Shown: positions 1 to 14,019 of the stretch, piece by piece
How the letters are laid out: every line of letters starts with the position of its first letter
Numbering within the stretch: position 1 is the first letter of the stretch
Assembly (NCBI GenBank): GCA_030141605.1
Contig: JAQGDQ010000008.1
Location: forward strand, 992,001-1,056,000
Length of the DNA stretch: 64,000 nucleotides
Direction of reading: 5' to 3'
Source of the DNA: Tubiluchus corallicola
Taxonomy: Eukaryota; Animalia; Priapulida
Program-made: the position numbers and the translations under genes
Notes under the pieces: model-generated
What the model was told of the DNA's origin: nothing
The model's input: only the letters and a program-made list of their open reading frames with translations
Databases searched by the model: none

Positions 1-739
1 GTTGGTCTGTATTTGTTTGCACAATAAAATTAAAATGATAGAAATTATAATCAGATATAGGTCTGAGCAAGACCTGGAAACCCATTGCTTTGTGGTTTAA
101 AGGGTTCAAACTGTAGGTCACAATGTTTTAATCCAATTTTTATGTAGTACGCCCAGTATTTTTTATTTAGTAAATGAAACCAAATTTTGCATAAGGATAA
201 CTCTGGGCAAAACCTGGAAAGCTTTACTTTTTGCTTCAAAAAGTCAAAGATCAAGGTCACAAGATCAAAAATGTTATAATAAATTTTTGCCCGTGTAGTG
301 ACTTCATATCAGCGTTTGCACCTTCTGTTGAATGCCCTAGTTTGGTTTTTGTGGACATTTATTCATTTTTATGTAAATGTAAATTGTATACCTATGACCT
401 TACACTGTAGCATTCCCTAGCCTAACTTTTGAAGCCCTTAACTTGAAAGTGTTACTACCGCTGCTTTGACAAATATGAATCTCCAGATATTCAGGGTGAT
501 AAAAATCTTCAGTGCAATAATGTCTGTTATTGACACTATCTTAACTGGAGTGTATCTTACCACTTTCCGTTTCCACTTGTTTTCTGTTGTCCAATTTTCC
601 AGTTTCACTGAAGTCACAAATGGTAAATCATCCAGAAAACTGCACTTTCAGTGATGGAAATCTGTCACTCTGTTCTGTACCCGAAGATTTGATTTATTTT
701 TCCTCACAGTTCATTAAAGTACTGTTTGTCTCTTGTCAG

Positions 740-3700
740 TGTGTCACGCTGAGATGAATGCCATAATGAACAAGAATTCAGCTGATGTAAAGGACTGCAT
801 AATGTACGTAGCATTGTTTCCCTGTAACGAATGTGCCAAGCTCATCATCCAGTCTGGTATCAAAGAAATTATTTTTTTCTCGGACAAAAATAGCACCAAA
901 CCAGAATTTATTGCCTCCCAGAAGCTTCTGTCGATGGCAGGAGTGAAATTCAGGTAAAAACTTCTACGATTGTTTGTGCTAAAACAGCTGTCTGGAAATA
1001 GGTTAGGGCATAAAGGTTAGCTTGTATTCTCCAGACTATGAGTCTTCCATCTGTTGAAACCATAAGAGTGATTAGCCCGCCTAGAATAAGTCTGGGTATA
1101 GGTCTTTCTAAGAACTGGTGAGGCAAGAATTTCCAGCGATTATTTGAAGCTGAAAGCTGTGAAAACTGTCACCGTATACATGATCATCCTGTATAACCAG
1201 TGAAAGTAAGTCATTCATCATGCCCGTCATGTTCCGCTTTTATGCTTTTAAGCAAATTCCACACGGTAGGTCCCGTGGCTGTATATTTCTTAAAATTGAA
1301 CATCAGTAGATTTAATAACTATTAGGGTAAGCGACAAAAATACAATTGTTTTTGACAGATTTTTGCCGATTTACATGAAAGTATGTGTATTAAGGTCAGT
1401 TTAATTAATCCTTCATGTGCTATTTGTTCTAAAAGTCTGTACCATATGTGTATTCAGTTTTAGTCTTCTTGTGGGATTTAACCGTTAATAATGGCTAGTT
1501 TGTCATCTAGAACTTATGAACGGGTTTGAAAAAATAAGGATTTGTGAAAATTATTGGTGATTTTTTTGTCATTTCAATAACTGACAGCTGCCTGGTGAGC
1601 ATTACTGACTTAACATGTTCAATGTAAATGTGACTATACTCTTGAATGTGAATACAGTCTTGTACAGGTAACGTAAAAAAAACAAAATTACTTGAACATA
1701 AGTGTGTAATCAGCAGTGTTAGCCATTTTACCAGAATGGTAACATCAATTTTTTATAAACTATAGATTGAGGTCTACCTCTCACCTTGTATTTTATTAGC
1801 CTCGCCTATTGATTCTAAGGTGCAACTTGGCTAGGCTATCCACCACTGTAGATTTGGTCTGGAGTCGCCTAACATCCTGAAATTTTCCTATTTTGACCAT
1901 TGCACTGAAATTTACATCAAAATTACAACTTACATGCTATCGAAAATTTGCAAATGACTAAGCTAGAAACAGCAGAGTGTTTGTTAAGATGACAGTAAAC
2001 TTATTAAATTAAATTTTATCTATTGTAAGGCTTCATCTTTTCTCCCCGCCATGTTGTTTCACCCCTCACCCCAAACATTTGTTGCCAATTTTTGTTATAG
2101 TAGCAAGAGCAGCGTAAATCACCTTCGGTCATTTGCACACTTTACTTAAACCAATTTGAGTACGAGATTTACAGATCTTAATAACTGAAAAGAAGCGAAA
2201 GAGACGACTTGGGTTTAATTCACATAACGTCATAATTTGATTGCTAAGGCTATCTCCAAAAACCTCAAAAAATGTGAGAGATGTATTGGGACCGAGGACT
2301 CCAAAAATTGATGTGCTGCTTGCAGTTTTGCAAATTTTAGACTTTTAGTACATTTTAAAGTCTAAAATCAAGAAGTTTGTTCTACTTTGTGATTTAAATT
2401 TCTTGGTTTTTGTTTCTGGAAAAAGCTTCCTAAAACGTCTAAAATACAGCTCCGCCCGGATCCTGCCAGGCAAGCTGACAGCGATCGTCCAGACCCTGTA
2501 ATTGATTTTTGACTCGAAATTTTGATTTGTGACAAGGTGGCAATTTAAACAGGCCTACTGGCCCAGGCATCTAATGCATGGAATTTTATTTTAAAAGTGT
2601 TAGTACTTGGTCTTCTGTATATTTTAATCAGATTTATGTTTAGTTTCGTATAGATAGAAATTTGATGCCTCAACTATTTAAGGTAGGACATATTTACATT
2701 TCAACATGGTTAAAATACCTTTCCTGGCTGGTTCAATGGCTCTTCTGAGAGAGTTTGCCTCGATAATAAGCTAAGTTCTGGTCTTGTCACAAACATGAAT
2801 GTGTAAACCATGTGACTGAATGCTGAATTCTGAGTTGCACTGTACATAAACTACTACTGTGTAGTGATATCACTTAGGCGTGGTACACATCATTCACGTA
2901 ACAAGGATATGAAACATTGAACCCACTTGCACCATCAGAAGTTGTTAATAAGCATAAGTACCTTGTTGCTGTTATAACAAATGTACCCGACTGTATGCCA
3001 AAGTAAACAAAATCTTCCTTTTGAGAAGAAATTGAGACTTAAGAATTCAGTGCAAAATTACGCTTTCACATTGTCTAATGAATTAACATCCAGGCACTGT
3101 AACCACAATTACCATCTTTATATATGCGAAGCGTAAGCATCCCAATAATGAGTTATTTATGTTAACAGCTTATTTGAAATGTTTTGCGGCAACAAAATTT
3201 CTGTATTTATTAATGATTTGCACTCGAGCAAATTAAAAAAAGATATAGAAAAAGCAGACACTTAGGTAGCCACACATCTTTTAAATGAGTTACATAGTGA
3301 TTGGCATATTTTCTAACTGTTTGGCAGGCCTAATAAGTGCATGTCCTTTTTTGTTATTTTGTCATTTTTAGATGCAGTCACTATAACATAAAAAAACTTT
3401 CTTTGCTACATTTCAGAACTGATTTTAATCTAATTCAACTAATCATCAGCTAACAGTATATTGTGAATTTACACTTGCTTTTGTACCAATTTCCATTGCT
3501 TCATAATCTTTTAATTTGATCTGTAATGAAATCTCTGCACATCATTAATCTTGCTGACAAGCTGCAGACTAATATAGCAGTCACATTCCAGGAAATGAGT
3601 TTGATTTGACTGTTGAATTACAACTGCTGCTGTAATTCACTAATTGATGTACATACTCCTTGAGTCCTTGGAGATTCTGTTAAATTTTATTCGTGATTGA

Positions 3701-6700
3701 ATTGCACATCATGTAGTCTGGATGATACCAGCAATGTATAATGTTTGGGTATGCACTGGCAAGCACGAAGCGTCACATATACGTAGTTTGCAACTAATGA
3801 TTTGATTGATTTGAAAGTTAAGGTAGGACTTCATGTATGAATAATGCGTAGTGCGTATACAACACTTTGTATTTAAATACGTGCCAGTATAATGCATAAA
3901 GTCAATGCACATCATTCATTACGGATCACACATTACGTACACATGAAGTCCTGCATTTGAGTTGTAAATTATACTGCAAATTAAATGTAGCTTAAGCGGT
4001 AATTTCTTTATACATGCATTGTGCACTTTATACTATCATTGTGCACTGTAACTCATTACCATTAAAATTAGGTCATTAAAATTTTTCTGCCTTCAATTAT
4101 GATGGTTTGAATGTTTTGCAATGCTATTCTGCCTTCCAGGCAGGCAGTCATTACCACTAATTACAGAACAAGTTAGTGCACTAACGCTGGTCTGATTATT
4201 TGATTAAACAAGTTTCAAACCATACTAAACTGCACACTAGACGATTTTCGAGTCGCCTTTGAATCCTTTCGGAACTGTGCGATTCTATAGTGTGGATGAA
4301 TGAGGCAGGGGAGGAAACATCTAATGATTTCTATAATGTTAGTTCCTGTGATTGACGATTATTGCAAAAGTTCAAAGGCTATTGATACCTCAATAGCAGC
4401 ATGTTCATGTACATGGACAACAGTGTCACCACACTGCTCTTTTGTTGCAGTTATTGAAATGAAGAGGATGTTTATTTGTGCCAACTGCTTTTGCTGCTTT
4501 GTCATACTACGGAGAAAGGCATCATGTTAGATTTAATTTAGCTATCAGCTAATCTAATACTGATGATTACGTGTTTTTTAAATTTCAGTGAAGTTTACAA
4601 TCATATATTTATAGTCACAAAAGAGTAGTCTGGTATGCCCGAGGTGAGTGGGTACTAGAATAAGGTATCAATAATTTTTGACCTGCAGCCCTAAACTGGA
4701 AAGAGATGAGCGTAGCATTACTCTGAAAAAGCTTCATGAATTACGATTATAATATGCAACAGAAATGTTCCACCTGTGTTAAAAATTTATTACACTGTAA
4801 TTGTGGCAAATAAATTTGACAATGCACAAAACTGTTTACTGTTATTAAATTGGAAATTAAACTTCGTTGAATAGTACATACACTGGGATTCTATATACCA
4901 CAGTCATTGAGATTAAGGTTTAAACTACATAAATAAACTGCAAGTGAAGGAAAGAGACTGGAACAACACTTGTTAACAATAGAGCATAATACAGCATATT
5001 GGTAGTTGCTAATGTAAACCTCTCGCTAACACTATTTAAAGCATTTTAATGATGCCCAAATGAATTAGTAAAATCTACATTAAATTTTCATTCTCGAGGA
5101 CTAATTTCTCTTTAAAGTACGTCTTCCAGTGCACGTAAATGCATTACCTGTGGTACTTAATGCATACACAACAGTTTGTATTTAGACAAGTGGAAGTGTT
5201 TCCATGTGTACATAATTCACAATGCATGAAGCATGATACGTATTCACCTGAAAGCAAATGAATACGCATCACGCAACAGTGCGCACATGGGAAGGTGATT
5301 TAGCAATTTCAAGTTTCCAATGACCATTTTTGAGTGACCCAATTTGACGCCATTCTTTTGGGGATCCCTTCAGGACCTGCGCACAGCAATATTTCTTACA
5401 CTCGAGTCTTGAGAGGTGGAAGTAGTGTACAATATTGTTTCAGTTTTTTTCTGACTATAGCTGAGTGCAATTGGTGATATCCTCTGTATTTTATCTTTGA
5501 CATAGTGTTATGCACACAAAAAACCTAAGCCTTCGTTTCCATCTAACAATACAATAAGATATAAAGCTAATGCCACTGCTATCATTCTTTCTTGATCACT
5601 GTCATGCTAAGATTTCAACAAATCATGGTGTGCAGAAATTATTACTTCCAGTTTTCATGAACAGCACCAAAAAGAGAGCCGTGGTCTTTGTTACATACAT
5701 AGCGTAAATGGCCACATGGAAACATTCAATACTTATTACGCATTACGCGCGCAGGATTCCCAACTTCAGATGATTTATACCACTAATACCATTAGAAATA
5801 TTTTCTGTCCACACTGCACAAAACACACAGGCACTTTTTTCCATTAGCATCATAATAGCTAGTTAGAATAATTCCAGGACACTTTACTTAACCATTTTAA
5901 ATTTCTCTTGTTTTTTGAAAGCATGTTAGCACTCATCTACTAAACTCGCTGCAGTGCCAACTTTTGTGCTGTCCCAAAGTTGGTGGTATAATTCCATTGC
6001 TCCCTTACTTGTAACCTGACGTCAAGAAAACGTATTTCTTATCTTGGACAAGTTAATACAAATTACTATGTAGTATTATATAATGCAAAACGAATGTATT
6101 CACAAAGTGCATATTAATGTTATTTGGTTAGCATTAAAACAGCACCACAAACATTACCAAGAGAGATTTTGTTTCTACTTTTTCGTAGAAGGACAAACAT
6201 TCACTAAAATACAAGTTGAAGCTCGCTTACCAGTAAAAGAATACAGGATGACACCGATGCTGTATTAGTTACTGAGTTAGTATTACTAGTATCACCACAA
6301 TGCAATAAAATCTTGTGAAGCACCACAAATTAAGCTACAGTTATCATTACACACAGCTTGTGACAATAATTAGTAAAAATGAACTATATCATTCTAAAGC
6401 ACTACACTAAAATGCTCATTTACAGCCTATTTCATTTTGATTTTATATCTTGGGTTTTGCAAAACAAATGTACCTGCAAGACTAATCAAGGTGCACAAAA
6501 AATGCAACAAACAAATAATTATTTTGATAGCTATTATGTACAAACTTGATAATGAAATCAGTTGAATACAGGTTATTAAGTGTTCTAAATTGTGTTCTCG
6601 TACCTTATTTTGCTTATATTCATAGTTAAATAATCTTAGTAGACACAACGCCGTTGATACACAACACCAAAGTTAGAAATGCAAGATTTTGGTAATCAAG

Positions 6701-7778
6701 AAATCCACTTTAATAACACAAATAATTTCACTCAATAAAACATGATTAATATTATATCATTTGCATTCTTGCAAACCTTTACATATTTGGATCATCTCCC
6801 TTGATTAAGAATGCAAAAACTAAACCAATTTCATGTCATTACATAATAGCAAGTAATGTGCAGTGAAAATAATAAGCCTGTTGATGTGACATTTCCTACA
6901 GAACACAACACTTGATTGATTTTGGCCTTTTTGGCTTCTTTCCTTTTCCTCTTTTTTCCTTATCTGCTCTAATTTCTCTAACTAGAGTGTAAAAAGCATC
7001 ATCGACTCCCATTCTGGTCTTTGCTGAAGTTTCTACAAATGGTATGACGTAGCTTTTAGCGACTTCTCGTGCTTGACTCATGTCGATTGCTCGCTCTGGT
7101 AGATCGCACTTGTTGCCTACTAAAACCATTGGAACTTCATCAGCATCCTTTACTCTCTTTATTTGCTCTCTGTAAGAGCTAATGTCTTCAAATGATTTTG
7201 CATTGTTAACGGCAAATACAAGAAGAAAACCTTCACCGGTTCTCATGTATTGGTCACGCATTGCGCTGTACTCTTCTTGACCGGCAGTGTCCAATATGTC
7301 CAGCAGGCACGTTTCTGCATCTATCACCACTTGTTTTCGGTACGAGTCTTCTATTGTGGGATCATATTCATCAACAAAATGGTTCTGAATTAACTGGATG
7401 GTTAAAGCACTTTTTCCAACACCACCAGCACCGACCACAACAAGCTTGTATTCCGTCATTATGCACTTTTCTGTAGCTGGTGAGTAAATTCGCTGTGCAG
7501 AAATCGTTTGTTGTCGCCAGTAAAAGCAATAACTACCAAAACTTCTGATGGATTTTTATGAATAACATCAGTTTCTGGAAAACAGAATAAGTAATTTAAG
7601 CAAAAAGTAATAACTTCATTTTAGTACAGCCAAAGACACTGTACTTTATTCAACTGCCTAAAAATGTGAACTGTCTATTTTCAGGAAATTTAGACCATCT
7701 CGGCGAAAGATAATCATCGATTTTGACGCGATTGAAGCTCAGTGTGAAATGTCACAGCTAATAGAAACGAAACTTTAG
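740..7778 (+). CDS. DCTD: dCMP deaminase, last two coding exons (740-953, 7685-7778); 5' part lies outside the window
   Basis: Exon 740-953 (AG 738-739, GT 954-955) encodes [40 protein letters not shown], with the HAE and PCxxC zinc motifs. The phase-2 donor joins an acceptor at 7683-7684 to give [31 protein letters not shown] (TAG 7776-7778), resembling the recalled DCTD C-terminus RKFIPKCSKIVIDFDSI. AATAAA at 7908-7913. Confidence 0.92.
6896..7459 (-). CDS. RAS: Ras GTPase (H/K/N-Ras, Ras85D/let-60 type), 187 aa, intronless CDS
   Basis: [17 protein letters not shown], effector loop [25 protein letters not shown], polybasic tail and CAAX (CCVL). A minus-strand splice acceptor at 7575-7576 (ttattctgttttccAG) precedes 115 nt of 5'UTR. 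Confidence 0.98.
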   Translation of the reverse strand: MTEYKLVVVGAGGVGKSALTIQLIQNHFVDEYDPTIEDSYRKQVVIDAETCLLDILDTAGQEEYSAMRDQYMRTGEGFLLVFAVNNAKSFEDISSYREQIKRVKDADEVPMVLVGNKCDLPERAIDMSQAREVAKSYVIPFVETSAKTRMGVDDAFYTLVREIRADKEKRGKGKKPKRPKSIKCCVL

Positions 7779-8495
7779 CTGCTCATGTTGCCGAGAGACT
7801 GGAGACATTTTATATGAACATTGCTAGGAAATTTTTCTTCTTTCAGTTTTATTATTGATGATGATATTTTTCTCGAAGCATTTGAGGAAATATGAAGCCA
7901 TCTGGCTAATAAAAACAGTATGTTGAAGTGCATGATACACTTGCACATAAACTGTGCAGCAAAGACCTGTAAGACAGATTTTATATTTTTGCAGCTGAAC
8001 CAGTCTTGCCTGTCTTTAGAAATTCATTTTAAATCTTGCAAAAATAGAGCATTATCCTCACATTCCTCCTTGCAGTTTATAACTCAGTCACAGCAAATGC
8101 AACTGCTATGCTTTATAAGATGACAACGTGGTTTATGTATAGGCAAGATGTGTACGTGGTTTGTGTATGGGAGCATTCTAATGTGTAGTAATTGTAAAGT
8201 TTGCAAACTTTGTTATCATTACGCCCTGTATATTTAATTAAGTATTATAATTAAAGTGTATATCAGAAGTTTATATTTTACTGTTCATCACTTATGATTA
8301 CTACATGACTCAGCGAAACTTTGCGTTTAATTTTGTATTTTTCTCTTACTCACTTAATTTACTTAAGTAAATGTCGATACTGTTATTTTCCAGACGTATC
8401 ATTTCTCCAAATTATTATTGAATGTCAGGTTTGTGCCAGTTCTCCATTATATCAACACATTTCTAGCCTAGGTAGATGACTACTACCATAGGGTA

Positions 8496-8994
8496 CAGTG
8501 GCGACTCGTATCTGAAATTAGTCGGGTGCTGCTTAAGAAAATTTTTAGCCATTGTTTTAATACTGCATGAAACAAACATGTAATTTTAATGTTGTAATTG
8601 TATTTTAAACAAACAAACATACGAATGTTTATACATAAACTTGATAAAATCCTGAATAAAAAATAGTTTTTGCTTACTAATATCCTAAATTGTCGCAGTT
8701 CAAGCTTGATCACAGTAAGTACGTGACAACTGACAACAAACTGTGTGAGCGACAGTACTTTTTGTACCTGTTCTCAAACATGGCCGCATGTGCACAACAG
8801 CCACACATTGCATTGCTGGAGCGCTCTATGTTGGGCTAAGAAACAAACAGTACTACACTCAAATGCTCTAGTTCTGTATAAATATAAACAAAGCACTAAA
8901 GAAAAAAGACTCTTTATAGTGAATATTATTGATAATATCGAGTGAAAATAGAGGATGCTGCAGTTCCAAAGTACCTATACACGAGCCGCCACTG
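8496..8994. mobile_element. hAT-type MITE
   Basis: TIRs CAGTGGCGACTCGT / ACGAGCCGCCACTG; flanking 8-mers ATAGGGTA / GTAGGCTA (6/8) look like a decayed 8-bp TSD. Confidence 0.7.
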
Positions 8995-11900
8995 GTAGGC
9001 TAATGGTATGCTGTAATAGGCATTGAATTTTTATTCAGTCCATTAATGTGTGAGTTTGTTTAGTAGGCAATAAAGTAGTATATTTTCAAGGTGCTACAAA
9101 GAAAAATCATCCGGAAGCTCAAATTATTATGATTTTTTTCAACACTAAACTTTTACACATTTGTACTTTTATGTATTTATTAATAAATTTGTTTTTAGCC
9201 AGTTGTTTTTGTTTAATATTTCCAAACTGAACAAAACTTAGGATACAACAAGTGACAAGAAACACTGCAATTACCAGTATACATCTGCTAGTGAAACAGC
9301 TAGCAAGTTGGGGCCTAATAAAATTATTGTCTTATTTATATGTATAGGCAAATTTAGGAGATGCACATCTGCAAAGCAACTTTGTTACAGAAATAAAATC
9401 GAGCCAGTTTTTTTGGACATCAAATGCAGACATCAACATATTAACTGAGTAAACTTTATTTTATGAGGGCTTTCAGCAACCATGACAACCACATTCATTA
9501 TTCTGCTCTCATTTTTAATTGTTTCTCCACATTTGTCTGTACAATGTCATTCATTTTCATTGCTTGTTTTACAGAAAAATTGCAGTACTTGTTGATCTCT
9601 TTGTATTTTGTGTTGTGTTTTGATTTTTTTCAATAACAATTTTGGTTTTCTTTTAGTCTTGCTATATTCTGGTAACAGTTCATTATAGTCTTACTGACAA
9701 CTGAAATGTCTTAACAAATTGGAATTTACACAATCAATATGGTGATGTCTCTGCATTTGGAAACAAATGAGTTACTTAATAGAATTAGAGCATTATAATA
9801 ACCTATGGGAAATGCCACATAGCAGACCTCTAGCTGCTATCAGTTTTCCAGGGATGGGTTTCTAGTTCTTTGTTGCAAACTTGTATATTATAACAAGAGT
9901 TAACTGAACCAGCGCGTTTACACTGGATGCTATTCCCTGGAGGGCATGAATACAGTATTCTCACCATGCACATGTCCATAAAAGCTTCTGTTCGCTGAGT
10001 ATAGTGCAGGCATACACAACAGAGAAAATAATAAGGGAGAATATCTATGTGGTATGGAAAGAATTCCCTAGACAAAAACCCTTGAAATTACTGCAGTACT
10101 CAAACTAAGTGGAACAGAAAAATGTAAATGTGCACATAATAAATGCAAATAGTATAAAATGCAACCTACTAAGTTAAAAAATTATAATACTGTACAAGTC
10201 TATAATTGCAATAAGCTTGAGTAGTTTGTAGTAGTTTTTCTGATTTCAGAAGTGTTCCAGCTGAAGAACTTATATTTAATATACTTATCTAGACAGATAG
10301 ATACAAAAATCTTTATTTGCCCTTACATTTTTACTGATTAACAGTAACAGTAAATTCATGCTAAGTGTATGACAGTTAACATGCCAGTAATTTACCACAG
10401 ATAAAAAACTGTTATTTGGCAATAGCATTTTAAAGAAGCATGTAAAAATAGTAAGCTAAGGTTTCAATAGTATATTAGAACAAATCAGATAAAAGCTAAT
10501 CACCCATTTATGACTAAAAATGCTAACAAATTAAACCATCACAATACAAAGAAAACTCATAATAAAACCACACACAATTGAAAAAATATATTGTATATAT
10601 ATACATATAAATATATATATATGTAATGTATTGTTATGTGTTATATATGTTTATCGAATATATTATTAATTTCTTTTTATACATTATTATAATAATACAG
10701 GGAGCTTATATAAAAAAGCAAGTGTTATAGAGTGATTTAGCAGATGTATTACAAATTCAATGAAGAAACATATTTGCAATACAGACAACTTGCATGTATC
10801 AGTGAACTTACTGTGGCTTATGTTTTGTGTTTACAAATACCTGTATGCAATATTATTAGTGTACAATGAATGCCAAAGCCTATACAGTCAACACACTCCA
10901 GCACTGTTTTCACGGATTAGGCTATTAGCATGACGATAAAAATAGGGGTACCATCCAAACAAGCCTATTTAAAACAAACATGATGCTCAGGAAAAGAAGC
11001 CAACCAGTATCAATTCATCATATTATTCTTTCATTTTGCTATTCATTAAGAAATGGAATGCGGACTGATTCACCACTACTTGAATTATATTCACTATGCA
11101 CATTATACAGACTTCTGCTGTAGTGGTCTTCCTGAAGCAAATTTATATTGGCTTCTTGGAAAGCACGGTTCTGCGAAGTCAGGAAAATAAACTTAGCTTT
11201 ATAAAAATGCCTAGTATGAACAGAGTTAAAGTAGTTACATAGTCTTAACGCATGACTTCATATCAGACGCAAAATACCTTTAATGCTATAAAGGCATTTT
11301 GCATCTGATATAAAGACAAACATGAGATATTAAAACATTAAAGTTTTAACTATTAATGAAATATCACTTTTCATTGTGCACTTGAATGGCACTTACGGAT
11401 GGTTAAAACTTATAATAACTGTTAAACGGGTTTGAAAAAGTGTTTGAAAACTGATACAAATTGTTATTAATCAATCATGCTATGAAATCAGAGAATACTA
11501 CTCGTAGGAACACTTGTAGAAAAAAAGTATGTACCTATAGCCCTCGAGTAATTGTAGAAATTAATTCACATAAATGGAGTTTTCAAAAAAGCGATAAACA
11601 TAGTGCTGCATCCACTGAATCTGTAACATTACTGCCTTGCAGGCCCCAGCATAAAATTCTCCCTCACTTGCGAATTGTGACTAGTCACTAAATTTACAAG
11701 TTTATCTTGTTTTACAGGGTGTAAATATGTTACTCAGCACTTGAACACGCCCAGTTAGTATTGGGGATATAGCAGACCTATATTGCTTTCCAAAACTGAC
11801 ACCGTTTATTTAGGTCCTGTAATGGTTATCGCCGGTCTCCCTGCAGCACCATAATTATACATTATGTAAGTACTCACTGACGCAACCCGAGTGGAGGCTT

Positions 11901-12052
11901 GAAATTATGCTTGGGCGCTGTTGAGCAGATATGAATAAAAAATCAAGTTAGAATGATAAGAATACAGTTCGAGTTAAACGAGGGGCTCTCAAAGTGCAAT
12001 TTAAGAAATTCTCCCGAAAAACTTGCAAATTATTATACAGACAGTGGAAAAT

Positions 12053-12136
12053 AGAAATTGACTGAGAAGACTGCCTTTATTGCCAGCAGAGGTAAGAAAT
12101 TGACTGAGAAGACTGCCTTTATTGCCAGCAGAGGTA
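12053..12136. repeat. Perfect 42-bp tandem duplication
   Basis: AGAAATTGACTGAGAAGACTGCCTTTATTGCCAGCAGAGGTA occurs twice, adjacent. Confidence 0.95.
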
Positions 12137-14019
12137 CTGTGTACGTCTGTGTCACATTTAAAGTAAACTATAGTGCAAACCAAATTTTGCGAAATGCAAC
12201 TACGAAGCACAACAAATTCGCAATGTAACGTAATAATAATAATAATAACAGCAAACTTGAATTGGTCATACTTTCAATAAATTTTAAACAGGAATTATAC
12301 CATGTGTGAAAGAGTACAGAATAGGTCCAACCATAGACTTGCTACAGTATTTACTTTTTTACTTTATAGAATTATGACACACCTTATAGAAGATGTGAAA
12401 ATGCCTGCAAGCAAATAATACACAAGCTAGCTGCACCGCATGCTTAAGTTAATTTTCAGCAAATAATTTGCATCCCAGCATGCTAAACATTGAAAAAACG
12501 ATGTTTTTCGCAGTGACACTGTCACCACGGTTAAAATTCTTTGCTAATAGCCATGATGTCCAGACTACAGTTAGGTTATTTCAATGGACAGATATATCAC
12601 CAGGACACCAAAAGCAGGATGTGAGATGAGCTATCAAGCGGCATCTTCTTCAATATAAAAAACGTGTGGTACTTGCCTTGCCTTACAAATATCTGGAAAC
12701 TAGATTTGTATGATAACAAACTGACATAACTACTTTTAGGGTTTCAGACCGTTTAGGACATTAAGAAACAATTAACAGTAATTTATGCTGCAAAGAGGAA
12801 GTCTCAACTAGAAAAATAGACATAGACATCTTTATTGGTAATATATACTGGGCATGAGATACATGAAACTTGCCTTTTCAGCTTACACAGCAAAGATTTC
12901 TTATATACAGTACATATCAGGCCGCACTGTACAAAAACCATTCATAAATAACAGCCCATGGCCACCAATGTTTAACTGTCTGGTACTATTTAAATAAATA
13001 TAATAGGCTTAAATACACCTTGGATTTCAAATATCACATTAGCACACCAATCATGGTGTTGTTTAGTAACTGCATAGTCTCTTGACCTTGCAACAGCTAT
13101 TAACCAGCTAATGTGATTTTCAAATTTAAATAGTGGTTACATTCATGAATAAATTAATTGGTTAAATTTAACTTGGTTTTTGAAACTTATATTAATTTTT
13201 GTCATACACGTTCAGAAATGTTTGCTGAATGGACATCTTGAACTAGTGTATCACACAATGATACTCCTATTAGCTTCATAACTGTGGTAGTTTGCACACA
13301 CAGCCTTGCCCTGGGCTGGACCATAGTACCGCACTCTGCGGTAAAGCGTCAAGACTCTCAGTTAGATCGTCCATCAGCTCATGTTATAAAATTTACGCTG
13401 GGAAATAATGTAACGGGTGCAATACCGCTGGAACTCGTGTGACATCTGAATTAGAAGAATTATAATTAGAAGTAGCTATCAATAACTGAATAGCTCATGG
13501 ATCTCAACAAAATTATCATATAGTACGTTATTTATATCATACACTCATTTGTGGAATTTAAGCAGTCTAGGACCCTAGGTTCTGATTGTAAGCAAAAAGT
13601 AAAATTTGCCCTAATAAACATGCGAGGTCTAAGTAAGCAGTAATTATTAACTTCTCTCTCTCTCTCTCTCTCATAAACAAGCTATGGAGAGTACATATAT
13701 AATAATGTACAAGAGAATGATAACAGTAAAAGTGGCAAAACCTGGCTTTTTAAATCACTAGTCAGGTGTTTGGAGTGTAGAAAAGTGAAAAAAAATAGTG
13801 GTGCTCTGATAGTGCAAACATACAATCTGACAGTTTCCACTTCTGAGTGGTTCAGGCTCTCAAGTGGGAAAACAGGCCTGATGGACCATCTATAATTTTT
13901 TATTTACCATCAAAACATTAGCATTGCATGTCAAATGTTGCTGCTTAATTTGCTTAAGTACTTAATTATTGCTATTTTAACAAACTAACCACAAATAATA
14001 AAAAAATAATAATTAAATG

